DNA of 64,000 nt from a virus. Under the pieces are notes generated by a model. The model made no database searches, was not told the origin of the DNA, and saw only the letters and a list, made by a program, of their open reading frames with translations. Of this stretch, positions 48,911 to 59,080 are shown one piece after another; the stretch's first letter is position 1, and every line of letters starts with the position of its first letter. The position numbers and the translations under genes are program-made. The DNA lies in the IMG/VR virus record IMGVR_UViG_3300025141_014429, positions 59,029-123,028 of that record. One strand, given 5' to 3'.

Positions 48911-51900
48911 ATGAAGATAGCACATATTGCAGACATTCACTGGCGTGGATTGTCTAGACACAAAGAGTATAGAAAAGCTTTTACAGATTTTTTCGAGCAG
49001 TGCAAAGAATTAAAACCAGATATCATCTATGTTGGAGGTGATATCGTTCATAGTAAGACACAAGGTATATCACCAGAACTCATTGATAATTTGAGCTGGT
49101 GGTTTACTAGTTTAGCAGAGATAGCTCCTACACACATTATATTGGGTAATCACGATGGATTAATACTCAATAAAGGTAGACAGGATGCTATTACACCGAT
49201 TATCACAATGCTTGATAACAATAATCTTTATTTATATAAGCAGTCTGGTACATACCCGATAGGGATTCCAGGATTTAACTGGTGCGTATTTTCTTGCTTT
49301 GATGAGGAAAATTATAGCAAAGTTGTTCCTGTTAAAGGAGAGATTAATATCGCTCTTTATCACGGTGCTGTTAGAGGTTCTTTGACTGATACAGACTGGC
49401 AACTTGAAGGTGAGATTAATTTAGGTACCTTTGAAAATTATGAATTTGGAATGTTTGGTGATATTCATAAGCGCCAATTTCTGAATGAGAAAGGCACAAT
49501 TGCATACTGTGGATCTACAATACAACAGAATTACGGAGAAAGTGAAGGAAAAGGTTTTCTTATGTGGGACATTAGGTCTGCAGACGATTTTGATGTTGAA
49601 TTTTTTCCAGTTAAACATGATCATCCTTTTATAACATTGAGTTGGATGGGTTCTGTAGAAGAAACATTAAAAAAGTGTAAAATACACCCAGTGGGTGTTA
49701 GATTTAGAATTAGAACAGATGAAACAGTAACGCACATTGAGTGCAAAAGATTACAAGGTGAGCTAGTCAAGCATCATGGTGCTAAAGAAGTAGTTTTTAA
49801 GTCAGAATCAACATTTGACCCTAGAAAAGTCATGGTAGATAATGCAACACTTAACCAACAAAATCTCAGAGATCCTATCACACATAGAAAAATGTTTCGT
49901 GAGTATTACAAAGATGCCCAGATATCTAAAGATCATTGGGAAAAAGTAGACGGAATGATTGATCTATACGTCGATAAACTCTCAGGTCAAGACGAAACAC
50001 TTAGAAATATAAAATGGGAAATTAATCGTATTGAATTCGATAATTTGTTTTCGTATGGTGAGAAAAACATTATTAATTTTGACAATCTTTCGGGTATAAC
50101 TGGAATATTTGGCACCAATGCTAGAGGTAAATCTTCTATAATTGGTGCAATTGTTTATACATTATTCAATTCGACAGATCGAGGTTCAATCAAAAACTTG
50201 CATGTCATAAACACTCGCAAAAATATGTGCAAGGCCTCGATTTGGCTTACTATTAATGGACAGAGATATAGAATTGATCGCAAGACAATTAAGAAAAATG
50301 CTAAAGGAGGGGTTTGGGCTCCTACAAGCTTAAACTTTTATCGTGTTGATAGAGATAACAATGAGGTTGAAGACTTGACAGAAGAGCAAAGAAGGGAAAC
50401 AGAGAAAATAGTCAGAGGATTGATTGGTAATTCAGATGATTTTTTATTAACCAGCTTAGCATCACAAGGTCAAATGAATGCATTTATTAAAGAAAAGGCG
50501 ACTGCCAGAAAACAAATACTAACTAATTTTTTAGACTTAGAAGTTTTTGATAAGCTTCATGAAGAAGTTAGAAAAGATGCTCAAGAAGTTAGATTTAAGT
50601 TTAAATCACTAGGCGAAAATAATTGGATAGAAAGAATAAGCAATACAGAGTCTGATGTAGAATCAAACAACAAAAAGCTTAAGTCAGAAGATAAGACTAT
50701 TACTAGACTTAAAGAAGAAATTGATGCGCTTAAAGATGAATTAAGGTCAGATGCAACTACTGTTCTAGCATCAGATGTAAGAAAAGTTTATAATAAGCTA
50801 ATTAAAACAGAGACAAAAATATCTGAAGATGATGATGAAATAGCTGATATTAAAAATGAAATTAGTGAAAAACAAAGCAAACTAAACAAACTCAATAGTT
50901 TTTTAGATAATTTTGATATTGCTGAGATGAAAGAAAGAAGATCTGCACAAATTAACTTAGAAAGCTCTGCTAAGGAAATGAAGCATAAGATTGACTTAAT
51001 TAAAAAAGATATCAAACAAAGTAAGCAATCTATAAGGATACTGGAGGATGTACCCTGCGGTGATCAATTTCCAACATGTAAATTTATCAAAAATTCCCAT
51101 AAAAGCAAAAAAGTAATAGTCCAACAAGAGGCTAATCTTATTTCTTTGAATACAAATTTAACAGATATAAGAGGAATGTATAGAAAAATTAAAGATGATG
51201 AGCTGGAAGAAAAAATTAGCAAATATGAGCAAATTGTACAAAAGAAAAGCATTCTTATTTCAGAAACTTCTAGAGCTAATTTGCAGCTAGCTAAACTACA
51301 AGAAAACATGAAATGGCACAATAAGGCTCTCAAAGATCAACAGGCAGAATATGAAAGATTAGATGCAGCTTTCAAGAGTCAAGACAGCACTAGTGCGAAT
51401 GGCGAACTTATTAAGCTTTGTGATGAAAAGATCAAATATTTAAAAAAGCTTGAATTTGATAAAATTAAAACAATCAATCGTTTAGCTGAACTTAAAGCTG
51501 CACTCAGGAGACTGCAAAAAGACCGTGACCTATACGATGAATTAAAAGATCAAAATAAGTGTTATGATATATTTAGTACTGCAGTATCAAAAAAAGGTAT
51601 CCCTTTACATATTATAAACAAAATGCTACCTGCAATAAATACAGAAATTTCTAAAATACTATCAGGTGTTGTGGGGTTTACAGTTGAAATAGAATCTGAT
51701 TTAGAATCCAATTCTCTTGATGTTTATATTAACTACGGTGACTCTCGTCGTATAATTGAGCTAGGATCCGGGATGGAAAAGATGATGGCATCACTAGCAA
51801 TCAGAGTTGCATTAATTAATGTATCAACATTGTCAAAGACTACCACACTTATGATTGATGAAGGTTTTGGCACTCTAGATGATACCAATCTTGAAGCTTG

Positions 51901-52039
51901 TAATAGACTTTTAGTATCGTTAAAGAAGTGGTTTAAAAATATACTAGTCATATCACACGTTGATGCAATCAAAGATTGTGTGGATCATAATTTAGAAATA
52001 CTTAAAAGAGGTAAAGATTCATATGTCTCGTGCGAGTAA
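48911..52039 (+). CDS. Fused SbcD-SbcC (Mre11-Rad50; T4 gp47-gp46-like) recombination nuclease-ATPase
   Basis: Phosphoesterase motifs ADIH, GGDIVH, GNHD, YHG, GDIH, then Walker A GTNARGKSS, coiled coil, Walker B/D-loop IDEGFGTLD and H-loop ISH in one ORF. Confidence 0.92.
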   Translation: MKIAHIADIHWRGLSRHKEYRKAFTDFFEQCKELKPDIIYVGGDIVHSKTQGISPELIDNLSWWFTSLAEIAPTHIILGNHDGLILNKGRQDAITPIITMLDNNNLYLYKQSGTYPIGIPGFNWCVFSCFDEENYSKVVPVKGEINIALYHGAVRGSLTDTDWQLEGEINLGTFENYEFGMFGDIHKRQFLNEKGTIAYCGSTIQQNYGESEGKGFLMWDIRSADDFDVEFFPVKHDHPFITLSWMGSVEETLKKCKIHPVGVRFRIRTDETVTHIECKRLQGELVKHHGAKEVVFKSESTFDPRKVMVDNATLNQQNLRDPITHRKMFREYYKDAQISKDHWEKVDGMIDLYVDKLSGQDETLRNIKWEINRIEFDNLFSYGEKNIINFDNLSGITGIFGTNARGKSSIIGAIVYTLFNSTDRGSIKNLHVINTRKNMCKASIWLTINGQRYRIDRKTIKKNAKGGVWAPTSLNFYRVDRDNNEVEDLTEEQRRETEKIVRGLIGNSDDFLLTSLASQGQMNAFIKEKATARKQILTNFLDLEVFDKLHEEVRKDAQEVRFKFKSLGENNWIERISNTESDVESNNKKLKSEDKTITRLKEEIDALKDELRSDATTVLASDVRKVYNKLIKTETKISEDDDEIADIKNEISEKQSKLNKLNSFLDNFDIAEMKERRSAQINLESSAKEMKHKIDLIKKDIKQSKQSIRILEDVPCGDQFPTCKFIKNSHKSKKVIVQQEANLISLNTNLTDIRGMYRKIKDDELEEKISKYEQIVQKKSILISETSRANLQLAKLQENMKWHNKALKDQQAEYERLDAAFKSQDSTSANGELIKLCDEKIKYLKKLEFDKIKTINRLAELKAALRRLQKDRDLYDELKDQNKCYDIFSTAVSKKGIPLHIINKMLPAINTEISKILSGVVGFTVEIESDLESNSLDVYINYGDSRRIIELGSGMEKMMASLAIRVALINVSTLSKTTTLMIDEGFGTLDDTNLEACNRLLVSLKKWFKNILVISHVDAIKDCVDHNLEILKRGKDSYVSCE

Positions 52040-52277
52040 ACAATTTGTAATCATTGACAAGACAAATAAAAAGACAAATGGAATATTTTGTCATACATGT
52101 CAGTTTTTAATAAAAAGTGCAGATGACTTAATTACATTTAAAAACTGGCAAACTTGTCATGATTGTTATTTGAGGTTTATAGAAGGACGACAGCAAGAGT
52201 GGAAAGATGGCTGTCGTCCTGATGATAAGAAAATAGCACAGATTTATGAAGAGAAGTCTAGGCTTTTTATAAAGTAG
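52023..52277 (+). CDS. Small hypothetical protein, possible Zn ligand set
   Basis: CHTC...CHDC; overlaps the upstream stop. Confidence 0.6.
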   Translation: MSRASKQFVIIDKTNKKTNGIFCHTCQFLIKSADDLITFKNWQTCHDCYLRFIEGRQQEWKDGCRPDDKKIAQIYEEKSRLFIK

Positions 52278-52281
52278 GGTA

Positions 52282-52289
52282 ATAGTTAT
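52282..52289 (+). promoter_or_regulatory. Putative late promoter ATAnWTAT
   Basis: ATAGTTAT at the start of the terminase-portal operon. Confidence 0.45.
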
Positions 52290-52308
52290 TATCATTGTGG
52301 AGGATAAA

Positions 52309-52713
52309 ATGGAATATATAGGCGTGAACACACTATCAGGGCATGAAGTAAATTGTTTAGGGCAAGCTCTTGATACTACGTGGGGTAGCTCTAGTCAATC
52401 AGGAGGAGTTCATACACATAGTACGACTGGTTCGCTAGAAGGCAATAAACTAATTATTAAGTGCGTGACAGTAATCAATATTATGCAAGATCAGGATACT
52501 AGATCACAAGTTAAAAAATATGATAGTGAACTTAAGCAAATGTGCAAACAGTATCTCAAAGATGTAAAAGCAGAGTTCAAGTCATTGGCTGGGCGAGCTT
52601 TAAAGACTAAACAAGATAGTGAAGATGATTCAATTGAAATTGTCAGTATGTGTCCATACTCTGCTAAAAGAACAGCATATTATAGAAAGAATTATTACGT
52701 AACCATATCATAA
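52309..52713 (+). CDS. Hypothetical protein preceding terminase
   Basis: ATG 52309 after GGAGG (track GTG 52297 overlaps the SD); no recognised motif. Confidence 0.7.
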   Translation: MEYIGVNTLSGHEVNCLGQALDTTWGSSSQSGGVHTHSTTGSLEGNKLIIKCVTVINIMQDQDTRSQVKKYDSELKQMCKQYLKDVKAEFKSLAGRALKTKQDSEDDSIEIVSMCPYSAKRTAYYRKNYYVTIS

Positions 52714-52715
52714 CT

Positions 52716-54326
52716 ATGAGCAAATCAAAGCAAGTTAAAGAAATTATTAAGTGCGGAAAAGATCCGTCATATTTTTTTAACAATTATCTGAAAATTCAAC
52801 ATCCTGTCAAGGGATTAATAGCTTTTGACACTTATGATTTTCAAGATGATTGTTTAGAAGATTTTATTGACAATAGATTTAACATTGTTTTAAAGTCTAG
52901 GCAGTTAGGATTATCAACATTAGTTGCAGCTTATGCTGTTTGGATGGCGCTTTTCCAAAGAGAAAAGAATATATTGATCATCGCTACTAAATTAGCAGTA
53001 GCACAGAACTTCATTACGAAAGTCAAGACAATGATCAGAAGTCTACCTAAGTGGTTGATGATCCCTGACATTGTTGCTAATAATAAGCAAATGATACAAT
53101 TTAGTCATGGTTCACAAATTAAAGCAATTCCAACATCAGAAGATGCAGGTAGATCAGAAGCGCTATCACTACTTATCGTTGATGAAGCTGCATTTGTTAG
53201 AAACTTCGATACAATTTGGACAGGTATCTATCCTACAATTTCAACTGGGGGTAGAGTTATTTTGTTGTCTACACCAAACGGTGTAGGTGGTCAATATTAT
53301 AAGCTTTACACAGAAGCTGAGGCGGGATTAAATGAGTTTAATCCAATAAAGTTAATGTGGGATGTCATACCTGACAGAAATCAAGAGTGGTTTGATAAGA
53401 CCACAAATAATATGAATAAGCGTCAAATAGCACAAGAATACTTATGCGACTTCACCACGTCAGGTGAAACATTTATGTCTGATGGCGATATAGAATGGAT
53501 TAGAAACAATGTAGAACCACCGATAGCAAGAGAATATGATGATAGAAATGTCTGGATATGGGACTACCCACTATCTGAGCATGACTATGTAATATCAGCA
53601 GACGTTTCTAGAGGTGACTCTAAGGATTATTCAACATTTCATGTAATAGACACAACAGAAGGGAAGTGTGTTGCTGAGTACAAAGGTAAAATAAGACCTG
53701 ATACATTTGCTGAATTGCTTAATGAATACGGTCTAAAATATAACAAGGCACTACTATGTCCTGAAAATAATAGTTACGGATATGCAACAATTTTAAAATT
53801 GCAAGAATTAAAATATCCACGAATATACTATAGAAGAAAGAAAGGTGTTTATATAGGGGATTATGTCCCTCCTTCATCTGTAGAAACTGCAGGTTTCAAT
53901 ACTAATGGAAAATCTAGAGGTACAATTCTTTCTAAACTAGAAGAAGTACTTAGAAATAAGCAGATTATAATTAAGTCTTCTAGATTTTATGAAGAGCTTA
54001 AGACATTTACATGGTCAAGCGGAAAAGCTCAAGCTAAACGCGGATATCATGATGACCTGGTCATGAGTTTTGCAATAGGAACATGGTTGTTTGATGCAGC
54101 AGGAGGCTACAGTAAGGATTCCAAGACACTTAATGATGCTATGTTGGCAGCAATGAAAAGAGAAGTTAAACATTATGATGGTACGCCAGAGAATGTAATA
54201 AAAGATGTTGGAGGGGGTCATGGTTCAAAGAAGGTTGACGCTAATACACATCAAAAACAAATCAAATCTTTAAATGTAAAAAATAGAAACCAGATACCTA
54301 CAGATATGATGTGGGTTCTTAAGTGA
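52716..54326 (+). CDS. Terminase large subunit (T4 gp17-like)
   Basis: LKSRQLGLST (Walker A), LLIVDEAA (Walker B), LSTPNG, ISADVSRG and HDDLVMS nuclease motifs. Confidence 0.95.
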   Translation: MSKSKQVKEIIKCGKDPSYFFNNYLKIQHPVKGLIAFDTYDFQDDCLEDFIDNRFNIVLKSRQLGLSTLVAAYAVWMALFQREKNILIIATKLAVAQNFITKVKTMIRSLPKWLMIPDIVANNKQMIQFSHGSQIKAIPTSEDAGRSEALSLLIVDEAAFVRNFDTIWTGIYPTISTGGRVILLSTPNGVGGQYYKLYTEAEAGLNEFNPIKLMWDVIPDRNQEWFDKTTNNMNKRQIAQEYLCDFTTSGETFMSDGDIEWIRNNVEPPIAREYDDRNVWIWDYPLSEHDYVISADVSRGDSKDYSTFHVIDTTEGKCVAEYKGKIRPDTFAELLNEYGLKYNKALLCPENNSYGYATILKLQELKYPRIYYRRKKGVYIGDYVPPSSVETAGFNTNGKSRGTILSKLEEVLRNKQIIIKSSRFYEELKTFTWSSGKAQAKRGYHDDLVMSFAIGTWLFDAAGGYSKDSKTLNDAMLAAMKREVKHYDGTPENVIKDVGGGHGSKKVDANTHQKQIKSLNVKNRNQIPTDMMWVLK

Positions 54327-54333
54327 GGAATGA

Positions 54334-56346
54334 ATGGCTGACAGAAAGACAAATCAAAGCACAGCAAGCTTATTTAGAAGGCTAACAAAGCTCTTTAGGA
54401 GTGGGCCAGTTGTTAAGCGATCTGTTCTTGATTTTGATGGAAAGAGTACACCTTCTTCTGCTTTTGAGATATTTAAAAAGAATCAATCTCAAGTGTATAG
54501 TGCAGCGATGTCTGCATATGGAACATACGATAGAATGGCAAGATATTCAGATTTCTCTGAAATGGAATATACACCAGAAATAGCAAGTGCATTGGACATA
54601 TATTCTGAAGAATCTGTTGCAGGTGATGAAAATGGTAGATCTCTTCACATATACTCAGAAAATTCTAGAATTAGAGAAGTATTGAATGAGTTATTTTATG
54701 AAACTCTTAATATTGAATTTAATATGACATCTTGGGTTAGAAATCTTTGCAAATATGGTGACTTCTTTCTATTTAACGATGTAAGTCCGAAATATGGTGT
54801 TATAAATTGCTTTCCATTACCAATATCAGAAGTCGAAAGAGAAGAAGGCTTTGATCCTAACGATCCAATGGCAGTACGATTTAGATGGTTAACACAAGGA
54901 AATCAGGTTTTAGAAAACTGGCAAGTATCGCACTTTAGATTATTGGCTAATGATGCTTTTCTACCTTATGGATCTTCAGTATTAGAGCCGGCTAGAAGAA
55001 TATGGAGACAATTAATCTTACTAGAAGATGCTATGCTAGTTTACAGAATCGTTAGAGCTCCTGAAAGAAGAGTTTTTAAAGTTGACGTTGGTAATGTACC
55101 ACCTGAAGATATTGCAAATTATATGGAACAAGTACAATCATCATTAAAAAAAGCGCCAGTCGTTGACAAAAATAATGGTCGTGTTGATTTAAGATATAAT
55201 CCACTTTCTGTTGATGAAGACTATTATATACCCGTACGAGGATCAGATTCGGGTACATCAATTGAAACACTTGGTGGTGGAACAATGGCGGGAGAGACAA
55301 ATGATGTTGAATACATCCAAAAGAAGCTTTTTGCTGCGCTAAAAATTCCAAAGGCTTATCTAGGCTATGATGAAGGTTTGGGTGCTAAGGCAACTCTTTC
55401 ACAAGAAGATATTAGATTTAGTCGTACAATTGCAAGAATACAAAGAACTATATTATCAGAACTTAATAAAGTTGCTGTTATTCACTTATATTGTAATGGT
55501 TTTAGCAACGAAGAACTCTTGGATTTTTCGCTTAAACTTTCAAACCCATCAACAATAGCACAACAGCAAAAGTTAGAATTATTTAAATCTAGATTTGAAG
55601 CAGCCAGTACAGCGCTTACAACACCGGGATTAGTTGATAGAAGGTGGGTGCAAAAAAATATTTTAAAACTTACAAATGAAGAAATTGATGCAATAGCTAG
55701 CGGTCTAACAACAGACAAAGTTCAAGATTTAGAGATTGAAGCCACAACTGTTGGAGGAGAATCAGTAGGACCGGTAGGCGGCGGATTAGGCGGAATGGGA
55801 GGTGGTCCAGCACCTACAATTGACTTAGGCGGTGGAGGACCACCTCCAGGGCTTTCTGAGAAAAATATGATATCAATGGAAGATGAAGATGCACCGATTA
55901 AAATATTAGACAATATTGCTAAAATTAGTGATGACTTACTAAGTGAAGAAAATGTTGATGAACGCGATGATGAAGAATTGACTGAATTTGAGAAATTTCA
56001 AAAAGAAGCACAACAAGAATTTCAACGAAAAGAAAAGAAAAAGCTAAACGGAAGCTTATTTGGCGATAAAGTTGTGAATAATGCATATCAAGATAAAAGA
56101 AATCAAAATTCATTAGACGGGCTTTGGCGTAACAATAAAGATCTTAAACGGGCCGGCTCAATAAAAATGGAAGAAGATTTCGAAATCGGTGAATACTTAG
56201 ATATGAAAATAGAACAAAATGGTTTTATGACAGACAGACTTAAAAACACATTATCAAAAATGGATAATATCTTATCAATTAATAAAAAAGTAATCTCTGA
56301 AAGCAAAGAATCGACGGAGGAAGAAGATAAAGATGAAACACAATAA
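54334..56346 (+). CDS. Portal protein (T4 gp20-like)
   Basis: PEIASALDIY, LEDAMLVYRIVRAPERRVFKVDVGN, EDYYIPVRG..TSIETLGGG, YIQKKLFAALKIP. Confidence 0.95.
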   Translation: MADRKTNQSTASLFRRLTKLFRSGPVVKRSVLDFDGKSTPSSAFEIFKKNQSQVYSAAMSAYGTYDRMARYSDFSEMEYTPEIASALDIYSEESVAGDENGRSLHIYSENSRIREVLNELFYETLNIEFNMTSWVRNLCKYGDFFLFNDVSPKYGVINCFPLPISEVEREEGFDPNDPMAVRFRWLTQGNQVLENWQVSHFRLLANDAFLPYGSSVLEPARRIWRQLILLEDAMLVYRIVRAPERRVFKVDVGNVPPEDIANYMEQVQSSLKKAPVVDKNNGRVDLRYNPLSVDEDYYIPVRGSDSGTSIETLGGGTMAGETNDVEYIQKKLFAALKIPKAYLGYDEGLGAKATLSQEDIRFSRTIARIQRTILSELNKVAVIHLYCNGFSNEELLDFSLKLSNPSTIAQQQKLELFKSRFEAASTALTTPGLVDRRWVQKNILKLTNEEIDAIASGLTTDKVQDLEIEATTVGGESVGPVGGGLGGMGGGPAPTIDLGGGGPPPGLSEKNMISMEDEDAPIKILDNIAKISDDLLSEENVDERDDEELTEFEKFQKEAQQEFQRKEKKKLNGSLFGDKVVNNAYQDKRNQNSLDGLWRNNKDLKRAGSIKMEEDFEIGEYLDMKIEQNGFMTDRLKNTLSKMDNILSINKKVISESKESTEEEDKDETQ

Positions 56347-57178
56347 AAAAAGAAACATAGGCATAATGTACGAACTATTGCTAATGAACATTAGCTCTAA
56401 TTTGGTAGAGGGTAAGAAAGCTAAAGCTAATAAATCGCTTAGAATTATAGAGAAAAGATTTAATAACAATACTGAGCTTTATAAAGAATTTCGACTCTTT
56501 AATGCTTTAATCAAGACGCATGCTAGTAGTGAAAGAATTGCACTCCAAATCATAAATGAAGCGAAAGATGCAATTAGAAGATGTAATAAAACAGAAATAG
56601 ATAGAGAAAAGTCTAGATTAATAAGAGACATTAATCATATTATCGATGATTCGAAATTCTATCATAGAAAGGTAAGAAATTACCGCCAATACGGTACTGT
56701 CCAACAGCTTTTCAATGAGTGGTCAAAAGGTGATAAATCAAATCTTAAACAAGTACTTGACTTAGAAGATAAAGTTATTAGAATGCTTACTGAAGAAAAA
56801 ACAGAAATTACAAAGTCTGAAATAGATCCAAATTTAACTGATAAGCTAGTTATAAATTTAATGACTGAAAAACTTAATCAACGCTACAATACAAATTTAA
56901 ATGAAGAACAAAAACAGATAATTCAAAAATATTCTTTGTACTGTACAGAAAATCATCACGGAGATATGAGAAAATACCTTGTCTCACTAAAAGAAAATAC
57001 AGTAAATGCAATGAAAAAATATAAAATAGAAACTGATAGTGAATTTACTAGAAGCAAAATAGATAACGTAATTAGCAAAGTCCAAGAGCTAAATACAGAT
57101 ACAATAAATGATGATATCGTTACAAAATTTATGACAGTATCAAATCTTAAAGAACAAATTCTTAAGGAGGATAAGTAA
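56333..57178 (+). CDS. Hypothetical head-module protein
   Basis: 281-aa helical ORF between portal and protease, overlapping both neighbours. Confidence 0.75.
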   Translation: MKHNKKRNIGIMYELLLMNISSNLVEGKKAKANKSLRIIEKRFNNNTELYKEFRLFNALIKTHASSERIALQIINEAKDAIRRCNKTEIDREKSRLIRDINHIIDDSKFYHRKVRNYRQYGTVQQLFNEWSKGDKSNLKQVLDLEDKVIRMLTEEKTEITKSEIDPNLTDKLVINLMTEKLNQRYNTNLNEEQKQIIQKYSLYCTENHHGDMRKYLVSLKENTVNAMKKYKIETDSEFTRSKIDNVISKVQELNTDTINDDIVTKFMTVSNLKEQILKEDK

Positions 57179-57780
57179 TGTCTAATTTAAAATTACTTAC
57201 TGAGTGGTGCCCATTAAATCTTGACAAAGAATCTATTAATGAATCTAAAATTCAAAATGGAGGAAGATTAATCTTAAAAGGAATCATACAGCGCGCAGAA
57301 ACTTTAAATCAGAATGGAAGAGTTTATCCTAAGTCTATACTTGAACGGGAAGTAATAAATTATCAAAAACTCATTAAAGAAAATAGAGCATTAGGCGAAT
57401 GTGACCATCCAGACTCTTCAGTTGTTGAGTTGAAAAATGTATCTCACATTGTTAGAGAAGCTTACATGGATGGCGACTCAGTTTACGGAGCAATAGAAAT
57501 ACTAGACACACCAAAAGGAAAGATAATCCAAAGTTTAATAGAGAGTGGCGTAACATTAGGAATATCTTCAAGAGGTGTAGGCTCAACAAGAAGTCAAGGT
57601 GATACACAGGTTGTACAAGATGATTTTCAGCTAATATGTTTTGACATGGTTTCAGAACCTTCAACGCCAGGTGCATTCATGCTAAGAGAAGGAAAAGAAA
57701 TAGACAGGCGTGATCTAGATAAAATTTTTACAAAATCAGATAAGATTGATAGAATATGCAATGAAATATTGAGGTGGTAA
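57178..57780 (+). CDS. Prohead core protease (T4 gp21-like)
   Basis: NQNGRVYP, ALGECDHP, VSHIV, ILDTPKG, GISSRGVGS, FDMVSEPSTPGA. Confidence 0.95.
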   Translation: MSNLKLLTEWCPLNLDKESINESKIQNGGRLILKGIIQRAETLNQNGRVYPKSILEREVINYQKLIKENRALGECDHPDSSVVELKNVSHIVREAYMDGDSVYGAIEILDTPKGKIIQSLIESGVTLGISSRGVGSTRSQGDTQVVQDDFQLICFDMVSEPSTPGAFMLREGKEIDRRDLDKIFTKSDKIDRICNEILRW

Positions 57781-58287
57781 GTGTCTAAGCTAAGTAGAAG
57801 TGTTCTTAAGGGGATTATCAAGGAGTGTATGGTTGAAATTATGCAAGAAAGCTTTTTTCCTCATTCTAACTCACAAATGATAGATATGTTAGGTGAATCA
57901 AAATCACAATCGATTGATAGACAAAGTTATAAGAAAAATATGCAAGAAGGTAATCAGGGTAGAAAGCGCAGTAGACACTTAGATAATATAAACTATGGTG
58001 GCGGAGAAAGTTCTCGTAAACCCAATAAGCAGTTTGAAAATAAGGTAAGTAATCTTGCATCTTCGATGACTAATGATCCAATACTTGCAGACATATTAAA
58101 AGATACAGCAATGACAACACTACAAGAACAAGTTTCTGCTGATAATAAAGGTAATATTGTTTCACCCGTGAGATCGGGAGATAAAGCTGCTATAGCAGTA
58201 AGTCAAAATGATCCTACAGATATATTTGGTCAAGAAGCTGCAGGAAAATGGGCATCTTTAGCTTTTGCTGATTCTGTAAAAAAATAA
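57781..58287 (+). CDS. Hypothetical head-associated protein with LKGIIKEC N-terminal motif
   Basis: GTG start directly after the protease stop; shares an N-terminal motif with 44384 and 58346. Confidence 0.7.
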   Translation: MSKLSRSVLKGIIKECMVEIMQESFFPHSNSQMIDMLGESKSQSIDRQSYKKNMQEGNQGRKRSRHLDNINYGGGESSRKPNKQFENKVSNLASSMTNDPILADILKDTAMTTLQEQVSADNKGNIVSPVRSGDKAAIAVSQNDPTDIFGQEAAGKWASLAFADSVKK

Positions 58288-58307
58288 GATAAATTTTCTT
58301 ATGTGTG

Positions 58308-58315
58308 ATACATAT
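58308..58315 (+). promoter_or_regulatory. Putative late promoter ATAnWTAT
   Basis: ATACATAT upstream of AGGAG and 58346. Confidence 0.35.
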
Positions 58316-58345
58316 AACTGTCGCATCTTTTACTAGGAGTGTGTT

Positions 58346-58576
58346 ATGAAAAAGGTAAAACTAACTGATAAATTGCTTAAGAAAATTATCGCTGAAGAAC
58401 GTGAAAAATTATCACAAATGGGAATGATGAAACAAGACAACAGCGAAACAAATGTTGATAAGTATTTAAAGCACTATGATAAGCTTATTTTGAAAGAAGC
58501 TTCTCTAAGAAGGCAGTTGAGAAATGTTAAAGTTCTTAAAGAAAAAATTTCAAAAACATTGAAGCGTAGGAAGTAA
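58346..58576 (+). CDS. Small basic coiled-coil head-associated protein with LKKIIAEE motif
   Basis: 76 aa, AGGAG SD, located in the head module. Confidence 0.7.
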   Translation: MKKVKLTDKLLKKIIAEEREKLSQMGMMKQDNSETNVDKYLKHYDKLILKEASLRRQLRNVKVLKEKISKTLKRRK

Positions 58577-58578
58577 TC

Positions 58579-59076
58579 ATGGCTGAACAACCACAAATAA
58601 TTATACAACAACCAGTACCACCAAATAAAAAGTTTGGAGCAAGAAATCAAACAAACTTGCAAAAGATCTTTAGTAATTCACCAATTCATGCAGGAGAATT
58701 ATCTGATCAAGAAAGAAAAGAATACTTTGAAAAAAATGTGATAAATGGAACTGTAGTAGGTGGTAACGGTATCAATAGTTTTAATTTAGATTATGAAGAT
58801 GCACCAAATCTTGAAGATGTCCAAACTGGAGGAGGCGGTCTGCCATCAACTCCATATACGCCTAACTTAACTTCACCCGGTCCAGGAAGTATGAATGCTG
58901 CTGATCAGCCTGTTTATGAAGGAAACATTGTAGGTAATACTGAATTAAGTAGTGCAGAATTCGGTGTAGGCTTAGGTGGATCTGTGTCACCATCAGTTAC
59001 GTCTAAAGAAATTTCAAAGCAATCAGTTTTAGGCACTTATATAATGGGGCGTTCTTTTTCAACATCAAACGGATAA
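58579..59076 (+). CDS. Hypothetical head-module protein
   Basis: Pro/Gly/Ser-rich 165-aa ORF. Confidence 0.7.
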   Translation: MAEQPQIIIQQPVPPNKKFGARNQTNLQKIFSNSPIHAGELSDQERKEYFEKNVINGTVVGGNGINSFNLDYEDAPNLEDVQTGGGGLPSTPYTPNLTSPGPGSMNAADQPVYEGNIVGNTELSSAEFGVGLGGSVSPSVTSKEISKQSVLGTYIMGRSFSTSNG

Positions 59077-59080
59077 TTGA

